Part shown: positions 8,401-12,798 of the stretch, piece after piece
How positions within the stretch are numbered: position 1 is the stretch's first letter
Layout of the letters: every line of letters begins with the position of its first letter
Assembly (NCBI GenBank): GCA_001563335.1
Contig: LRSL01000032.1
Location: 1-12,798, forward strand
Reading direction: 5' to 3'
Length of the DNA: 12,798 nucleotides
Origin: Candidatus Thorarchaeota archaeon SMTZ1-45
GTDB lineage: Archaea; Asgardarchaeota; Thorarchaeia; Thorarchaeales; Thorarchaeaceae
Made by a program: the position numbers and the translations under genes
The notes under the pieces: model-generated
Database searches by the model: none
Told to the model about the DNA's origin: nothing
Seen by the model: the letters and a program-made list of their open reading frames with translations, nothing else

Positions 8401-9663
8401 GTCGTATACTTCAGAGAATGTATTCGTATCCTCATCATATCTGAAAGCACAGTACTCTGTGGTGTTTGCGTCATCCCAAAGTTCAATCTCTAGATAGCCA
8501 ATATCCGCAAAGCCATTTTGGTCGCTCACAAAGACTGTAATCTGGTACTCCCTGTATTGAGCATACATGTTATCCGTGTCATCTGGGTTTACGAGGACTG
8601 GTGCCTGTCTATTTGTTGGAGTATAGACCGGAGTCCAAGTGTGGAGAAGTGTTGAATCAATCTCCCACAAACTTTGGCTCGAGTCACTCGTTTCAGATCC
8701 ACCCTTGAATCTCAAAGTGAGTGTGACAGAATCTAGCCAAGTTGAAACAGAAACATTGTTCCAAGTGTTAGGATCAAGGTCTGCGAACAGGTTTTCCCAG
8801 CCAGTCCCGTTCCAGACATCTACCTTGATGTCTTCTGCATCTAAGTCACCTGTGTAGATGCAGACAAACTCGTTTTCCTCAGAGTATGATGCGGATGTCC
8901 ACTGAACCTCTCTATCAAGCTCATAATTGACTGTTGCTGTTCTGTTGACTCCAATTCTAATGTGGTCCACATGGACCTCATCAACACCATCGACTTGACT
9001 ATAGACTAAATAGACTCTCAAGGCATTGACTTCTGCTTGTGTATGAAGCCCTAAACTTATGTTGTCGTAGTAATAGCTGGTGTGTTGACCAACAACTCCT
9101 ACAGAAGTGCCTGCTCCTGATCCAGTATAATCCACAAAGACTTCTGCTGAGTCATCTCCAGCCCCCGCTATGTTCATGCAGTAGATCGAAATGTTAACAC
9201 TGACAGTTCCTGTTATGGCTGTATTTTCGAATTCGAACCAGCCAATCTGATCGCTCGGCTGCTTTGTGTAGATATAATTGGTTGGCTCATCTTGAGCATC
9301 AAGATAGGGGGCAGTTCCAATAGTGGTCCATCCAGTCCAAGTGGAATCATTATTATTAGTGTCCAACCACTCAGAACCACCTGGGGTGCCAGTATCGTTC
9401 TCGGTGAGTGTGTCGTAGGTAGAATCAGGGGCTGACTGTTGATCCACGAAGTTAGAATGTGTCCCTATGTTGGTTGAACTGTCCACATCGCTTGTATTAG
9501 AATCTACAAAGTCCTCTATATTCCCTGCAGGAACTGCTTGATAATATGGCAAGAATGAATCAACATTAAGGGGAATCTCTATAGGGCTTTCCACATTCGA
9601 GCAGAAAGTCATGAAGAGAAGGAATATGCACATTAAAAAGATGCAACTTTTTCTTTTATTCAT
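5425..9663 (-). CDS. Giant secreted/cell-surface repeat protein, N-terminal part (1412 aa): signal peptide, beta-rich N-terminal domains, 1 diverged + 7 conserved 98-aa Ig-like repeats; ends prematurely after a frameshift
   Basis: ATG with GAGGGGG 7 nt upstream. N-terminus is MNKRK plus a hydrophobic stretch. Composition is S/T/D/V/G/W-rich. Repeats read WDQIVVQTT..DDTRVN..VE.RVTLWLAYD...MTWD..NSWF.LTVSQASVGLW.YFVNSS. The last ~27 aa (RYVLHSG...QVKQ) are repeat DNA read out of frame. Confidence 0.9.
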   Translation of the reverse strand: MNKRKSCIFLMCIFLLFMTFCSNVESPIEIPLNVDSFLPYYQAVPAGNIEDFVDSNTSDVDSSTNIGTHSNFVDQQSAPDSTYDTLTENDTGTPGGSEWLDTNNNDSTWTGWTTIGTAPYLDAQDEPTNYIYTKQPSDQIGWFEFENTAITGTVSVNISIYCMNIAGAGDDSAEVFVDYTGSGAGTSVGVVGQHTSYYYDNISLGLHTQAEVNALRVYLVYSQVDGVDEVHVDHIRIGVNRTATVNYELDREVQWTSASYSEENEFVCIYTGDLDAEDIKVDVWNGTGWENLFADLDPNTWNNVSVSTWLDSVTLTLRFKGGSETSDSSQSLWEIDSTLLHTWTPVYTPTNRQAPVLVNPDDTDNMYAQYREYQITVFVSDQNGFADIGYLEIELWDDANTTEYCAFRYDEDTNTFSEVYDAGTYVALNTGGSTAIRSGDDIDATFNFTIDWDFPDSSDLDVRCYVIDAQAEIDNDWYDSPDVTWDVETRLDYSGTPSIDDGSGTVNRGDLDGLFWFIGTVIYYTSVDDHPSSSAVDVWVSAPEYGTSAGPWSDLTLTSGAFNVTCYADDVVGPDTYTIKVVEAGAGSGGTDLYYTTSVTDTYIADRVQVQSYSVTDNRVDVGTSVNIDFTLYYDSDDTPVTDGTVTLSSILATHQGSGVWRITDSEATVTANTYNTVIYSGGTHGITIVDQNGLSQQVIWDQIIVQTTAADDTRVNVSDNVEIRVTLWLAYDSTPLGLGDSVTLDGTAMTWDSVNSWFDLSVSQASVGLWTYFVNSSTHAGFGITSLDTNSQSVGVVWDQIVVQTTLADDTRVNVGDTVEIRVTLWLAYDTTFLGSGDTVTLAGQAMTWDGGNSWFELTVSQASVGLWIYFVNSSSQAGFGITSLDTNSQSVGVVWDQIVVQTTEADDTRVNVGDNVEVRVTLWLAYDSTFLGSGDTITLAGQAMTWDAGNSRFYLTVSQASVGLWTYYVNSSSDATYGITLLDTNSQAVDVVWDQIVIQTTEADDSRVNVGDTVEIRVTLWLAYDTTFLGSGDTVTLAGQAMTWDVGNSWFELTVSQASVGLWSYFVNSTLEATYGISDFILNSQSVDVIWDQIIVQSTVADDTRVNMGNNVEIRVTLWLAYDSTYLGSGDTVTLAGQVMTWDSVNSWFNLTVSQGSVGRWNYFVNSSSAAAFGITSLDTNSQSVDVIWDQIVVQSTIADDTRVNVGANVEVRVTLWLAYDGTFLGSGDSVTLAGQAMTWDGGNSWFELTVSQASVGRWIYFVNSSTQAGLGISTIDINSQNVGVIWDQIVVQTTVADGTRVNVGANVEVSVTLWLAYDGTFLGSGDTVTLAEQAMTWDSVNSWFNLSVSQASVGLWTYFVNSSTQAGFGITSLDTNGQSVDIRYVLHSGLPMILHFWEVVIRSRLQVKQ
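5500..5516 (-). other. 70-bp frameshifting deletion junction in repeat unit 8 (between 5508 and 5509)
   Basis: Anchor spacing 5275 to 5793 is 518 = 2x294 - 70. The sequence acacgtatct|gatatctac joins two motifs that are 70 nt apart in intact units (compare 3441-3530). Confidence 0.93.
7567..7854 (-). repeat. Diverged 96-aa first unit of the array
   Basis: IADRVQVQSYSVTDNRVDVGTSVNIDFTLYYDSDDTP...HGITIVDQNGLSQQV aligns by eye with IWDQIVVQTTVADDTRVNVGDNVEIRVTLWLAYDSTP...FGITSLDTNSQSVDV. Confidence 0.8.
9589..9663 (-). other. Signal peptide or N-terminal membrane anchor of the giant protein
   Basis: MNKRKS (basic n-region) followed by CIFLMCIFLLFMTFC (hydrophobic h-region). The cleavage site is not obvious. 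Confidence 0.75.
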
Positions 9664-9670
9664 CTCATCT

Positions 9671-9677
9671 CCCCCTC
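9671..9677 (-). promoter_or_regulatory. Shine-Dalgarno-like site of the giant gene
   Basis: GAGGGGG lies 7 nt upstream of the ATG at 9663. Confidence 0.65.
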
Positions 9678-9721
9678 TGACATAATGTAAGTCTAAACAT
9701 CACTTGAGAAATTTTCATCTG

Positions 9722-9735
9722 CAAACCCGGGTTTG
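9722..9735. promoter_or_regulatory. Perfect 14-bp palindrome, candidate operator
   Basis: CAAACCCGGGTTTG is self-complementary and lies about 60 bp upstream of the giant gene start. Confidence 0.35.
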
Positions 9736-9949
9736 GTGGCTGATTCTCTTGACTATCTGCAGCTGAAATGGCTTACACCCCTCAAGCATCTCTACAGCAG
9801 CGATGAAATTGAAATCACTAACTCACCCTTGTTGCATATGGAGCCTTATTTGATTATTGATAAAATAGACAACAAATCCCTCTATATGTTGAAACAATGT
9901 TACCTCACGAATCATGGTCAACTTCGTCACTGAAACGATAATATTAACG

Positions 9950-9974
9950 AAAAAAAGGGTAGAGCTACGAAAAA
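9950..9974 (-). terminator. Candidate archaeal oligo-T terminator
   Basis: The minus strand reads TTTTTCGTAGCTCTACCCTTTTTTT (T5 and T7 tracts), 14-38 nt after the stop of the 108-aa gene. Confidence 0.5.
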
Positions 9975-9987
9975 TACCATTTGCAAT

Positions 9988-10314
9988 TTAATGTGAAACT
10001 TGTTGTTCTTCTTCTTCATTTTCTGTACGTACGTCAGCTAACCAAAGGGGAATAGCCAGATTCCGTCCATAACCAAGTGCAACCAGAATGATGCTAAGAA
10101 CGATAGAAACCAACAAAAGCACCACTGGGCTGTGGAAAGGTCTGCCATACCAACCCGTAATGCTGAATGGGACCTCCAAGCCAAAATACTTCCAAGTATG
10201 ATCCAAATCAAGCAAAGCACTAGTAACGCCACAAATCCCGAAGACAAGAAATGCACGAAAAAGAAACTCATCTCTACTCAATCCTTTTGAGGTGTCATTG
10301 GTAGTCATTTCCAT
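9988..10314 (-). CDS. Small membrane protein with DLDH...GRPFHS motif, resembling the core of YdjM-like membrane metal-dependent hydrolases
   Basis: 108 aa. Two hydrophobic helices flank LLDLDH and GRPFHS, similar to the PDxD...HRxxxHS signature. Acidic C-terminal tail. Confidence 0.7.
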   Translation of the reverse strand: MEMTTNDTSKGLSRDEFLFRAFLVFGICGVTSALLDLDHTWKYFGLEVPFSITGWYGRPFHSPVVLLLVSIVLSIILVALGYGRNLAIPLWLADVRTENEEEEQQVSH

Positions 10315-10340
10315 ACGCCTACCATCATGGCTCTGGAATC

Positions 10341-10375
10341 CTTTAAGCGTGTCTGCTTCTTTGAAAGATGTCTGC
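10341..10375 (-). promoter_or_regulatory. Candidate TATA box plus upstream repeat/palindrome site for the 108-aa gene
   Basis: CTTAAAG lies about 27-33 nt before the ATG at 10314. Just upstream is GCAGACA-TCTTTCAAAGA-A-GCAGACA. Confidence 0.3.
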
Positions 10376-10442
10376 CAGCTAATGGATATCAGGCCATTCT
10401 ATGACTTTTATTTCTTAACTTAAGTCCTTTTTGTTACCAAGA

Positions 10443-10778
10443 CTACTTTCTCTTTGCTTCTGCCCTCAGTCTGAGAATCCTTCGAAGGTCGATTAATGCG
10501 CCGATGAGAAAAAGTGTTGAGAGTGCAAGTAAGACTGCAATGACTATTAGATAGGATGGTGCGTAATATCGAACAAGCAAGGCAAATTGAAACATACTCG
10601 CTCCTATTGACATTAGAATGAGAAAACGAATTAGTAAAAGACATCGACCTCGATCGAATCTGTTCGGATGCACAGGTGGATTTGTATAATGTTTAATGTC
10701 AGAATGGAGGTAATCATCTATTAGTTCCTCACGTTTCTCATCTGTCACAGGTCTGCAGCCCCTTAGCATGAAGTCCAT
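10443..10778 (-). CDS. Hypothetical membrane protein with two TM helices
   Basis: 111 aa, with a charged N-terminus, two hydrophobic segments and a basic C-tail (RRILRLRAEAKRK). Co-oriented with its neighbours. The true start may be the GTG at 10748, which has AGGGG upstream. Confidence 0.65.
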   Translation of the reverse strand: MDFMLRGCRPVTDEKREELIDDYLHSDIKHYTNPPVHPNRFDRGRCLLLIRFLILMSIGASMFQFALLVRYYAPSYLIVIAVLLALSTLFLIGALIDLRRILRLRAEAKRK

Positions 10779-10901
10779 TCTGGCGTTTTTGTATCAACAT
10801 TCAACTATTATCCCGTAGAAAAGTATTGCTTGTTTGTGGGGAATCTCCTTGATTTCATCAATGGAACTGATTTGTGAATTACTTCCATTTGCTATGAATG
10901 G

Positions 10902-11948
10902 CTATCTATTCCGAATCTTTATGTCATATCCACATTTTTGACACTTCCCATTAGCATCAGTAGCAACATTTCTTGAGAACAGCCTTAGTCTTTCATAACA
11001 AAGAGTCCCACATACTGGGCATAGAGTATCTTCAAGCCCCTTTCTACCAACATTGCCAATGTACACAAACTCTAATCCTATCGTTTTAGCTTTCTCTCTA
11101 GCCTGTACGAGCACCTCGAGCGATGTCATGGGTTCTGTGTACTTGTAGCTAGGATAGTACCTATTCAGATGCCAAGGTGTCTTTGGTCCAGTACTATCCA
11201 CTATCCACCTTGCAATCGTTTCAAGACATTCCACGTCATCACTGAGTTCCGGAACAACCAGTGTTGTGAGTTCCACATGGACTCCACGGTCAATCATGTG
11301 TATGATGTTGTCCAATACTGGTTGGAGTGCAATCCCACAGATCTGTCGGACTTGAGGCTCACATCCTTTTACATCAACATTTGCAGCATCTAGACCTGCA
11401 TCGATCATGAGTTCAAGAGCCTCTTTTGTCATGTATCCGTTCGTGACGATTGTATTGTATAAACCACCTTCTCTCGCTAGTTTGAACACCTCAAGGTTCC
11501 ACTCTAGCATCAACGTCGCCGCTTCGCTAAAGGATATTGACACTCCCTCACTTCCCCTTGCCTGAGCCATATTGATGAACTGCTCAGGACTCACATACCG
11601 CGCCAACTCTGGAGTAGGTTTCTGCTTGGAAATGTCGAAGTTCTGACAGAAAGGACAAGAAGCATTACATCCCCAACTCCCCACGGTAAGCGCGGATGTG
11701 CCTGGCGCAAAATGGAAGAATGGTTTTTTCTCGATGGGATTATTACTGATAGATGAAACATTCCCATAGACTAAAGTCTTCACAGAGTTACCGATGTTTA
11801 ATCGTGTGCCGCATACCCCCAATTTCTGTTCACGAAGCAGACATCTATGAGCGCAAGTAAAGCATCGGATAGCATCATCTTCTCTAATCTGAAGAACACC
11901 TTCATGGACTACCTGCGGAATGAACTGATCTATTTGGATCTCTGTCAA
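10902..11948 (-). CDS. amrS: AmmeMemoRadiSam system radical SAM enzyme (PFL-activase-like)
   Basis: N-terminal CxxCxHxC...GxCxxR, PIEKKPFFHF.PG, radical SAM motif GCNASCPFCQN, VTNGY, DAANVDVKG, VELTTLVVP, GLEFVYIGNV, and C-terminal CPVCG...CQKCG. TTG start. Confidence 0.9.
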   Translation of the reverse strand: MTEIQIDQFIPQVVHEGVLQIREDDAIRCFTCAHRCLLREQKLGVCGTRLNIGNSVKTLVYGNVSSISNNPIEKKPFFHFAPGTSALTVGSWGCNASCPFCQNFDISKQKPTPELARYVSPEQFINMAQARGSEGVSISFSEAATLMLEWNLEVFKLAREGGLYNTIVTNGYMTKEALELMIDAGLDAANVDVKGCEPQVRQICGIALQPVLDNIIHMIDRGVHVELTTLVVPELSDDVECLETIARWIVDSTGPKTPWHLNRYYPSYKYTEPMTSLEVLVQAREKAKTIGLEFVYIGNVGRKGLEDTLCPVCGTLCYERLRLFSRNVATDANGKCQKCGYDIKIRNR

Positions 11949-11952
11949 TTTA

Positions 11953-11975
11953 GTCTACAATTATTGAGTGTAGAC
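11953..11975. promoter_or_regulatory. Inverted repeat immediately upstream of the amrS start
   Basis: GTCTACA-N9-TGTAGAC ends 4 nt from the TTG. A TATA-like CTATAA is at 11984-11989 on the minus strand. Confidence 0.35.
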
Positions 11976-12034
11976 CGCCCAGATTATAGAAGCTATTAAG
12001 GCAAATTCCTTTTCACATTCTCTAATCTCCTATT

Positions 12035-12798
12035 CTAACTTGAAATGGCAGGACGAATAAGGCTGCATGCTCCTTCATTGTAGACTCTCATTCTCCCTCC
12101 CTTGAAAGCTCCAATAAGAGTGATGTTAGCTTTCTGAGCAAATTTCACTCCTGCATCAGTGGAAACAGCGAAGGACACAAGCAACGGGATTGAAGTCCAA
12201 GCACATTTACTGACAATATCTGCTGTAAGCCGTCCTGAGCTTATCATCATGCACTCTGTCAAGTCGATATTCTCCTGGGCTGCTAGACCTATCGTCTTAT
12301 CTACTGCGTTATGCCGTCCAAGGTCCTCAGCCATTACATACTTTTCTTCACTCAAGCTATAGAGAAGTGCCCCATGTAATGCACCAGTTTGTTTTCGACC
12401 AACTTGTGCATCTCGTAATAATCCGGTCGTTTCATAGAGTTTATTGAGCCCGATCTCTATCCTCTTTGAAATTGTAGGAAGCCCTTCTGCAGTTCTGAGT
12501 TCTCTTAGCACCTCTGGAGCACTGCATTCAGTCCCAATGAACCTTCGAATCTGAGAGAAACCTTTTCGGGGCTGCGGCACCACTTCCTCTTTGACCTTGA
12601 TAGAACAACGGTGCCCAGAGCACCTCACCTCACTAACTTCTGCATATGATTTGATGATACCAGTAGACAGAAGGTACCCAATCGAGAGTTCTTTTTCTAG
12701 ACCTGGGCTGCAGACAAAAGCTGCAATGAACTCCTTATTCAATCTCACTTCTAATGCTGTTTCAATGGCAACGAAATCATCTTCACTGATGCTATCAT
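12035..12798 (-). CDS. fdhD: Formate dehydrogenase accessory sulfurtransferase FdhD, 5' end outside the window
   Basis: Motifs TGALHGA, EDLGRHNAVDKTIG, SSGRLTADIVSK and IGYLLSTGII. The frame stays open upstream of the listed GTG (DSISEDDFVAIETALEVRLN, matching the FdhD D.VA.E..L motif) to the window edge. Confidence 0.93.
   Translation of the reverse strand, partial: DSISEDDFVAIETALEVRLNKEFIAAFVCSPGLEKELSIGYLLSTGIIKSYAEVSEVRCSGHRCSIKVKEEVVPQPRKGFSQIRRFIGTECSAPEVLRELRTAEGLPTISKRIEIGLNKLYETTGLLRDAQVGRKQTGALHGALLYSLSEEKYVMAEDLGRHNAVDKTIGLAAQENIDLTECMMISSGRLTADIVSKCAWTSIPLLVSFAVSTDAGVKFAQKANITLIGAFKGGRMRVYNEGACSLIRPAISS

Noticed and set aside
9733-9933. 66-aa plus-strand ORF in the intergenic region
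   Set aside because: It has a TTG start, no RBS and no motif, and it lies in the AT-rich putative promoter region. It cannot be supported.
10038-10271. 77-aa hydrophobic ORF nested in the 108-aa gene
   Set aside because: It is an alternative frame of T-rich TM-coding sequence. The 108-aa frame has the recognisable motif and better start context.
6897-12362. Remaining short ORFs (6897-7112, 7566-7781, 7926-8132, 8639-8857, 10420-10644, 11169-11393, 12159-12362; also 1054-1257)
   Set aside because: All overlap longer, better-supported genes in another frame or on the other strand and show no recognisable features.

Overview
All recognisable genes lie on the minus strand. In transcription order they are: 5'-truncated fdhD, an AmmeMemoRadiSam-type radical SAM enzyme (amrS), two small membrane proteins, and a giant secreted or surface protein that fills 1-9663 and runs off the left edge. 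The giant gene has a signal peptide, about 600 aa of non-repetitive beta-rich domains, one diverged 96-aa unit, and at least 26 tandem 98-aa (294-bp) Ig-like repeats. Every repeat carries an N-S-S/T sequon. A 70-bp deletion at 5508/5509 shifts the frame and splits the gene into a 1412-aa ORF plus an unlisted, stop-free frame of more than 1800 codons. Repaired, the protein would exceed 3240 aa. The array has a hidden 7-unit (2058-bp) higher-order periodicity. Gene content and protein style suggest an archaeon, possibly Asgard (Thorarchaeia-like) or Bathyarchaeia; this is inference only.
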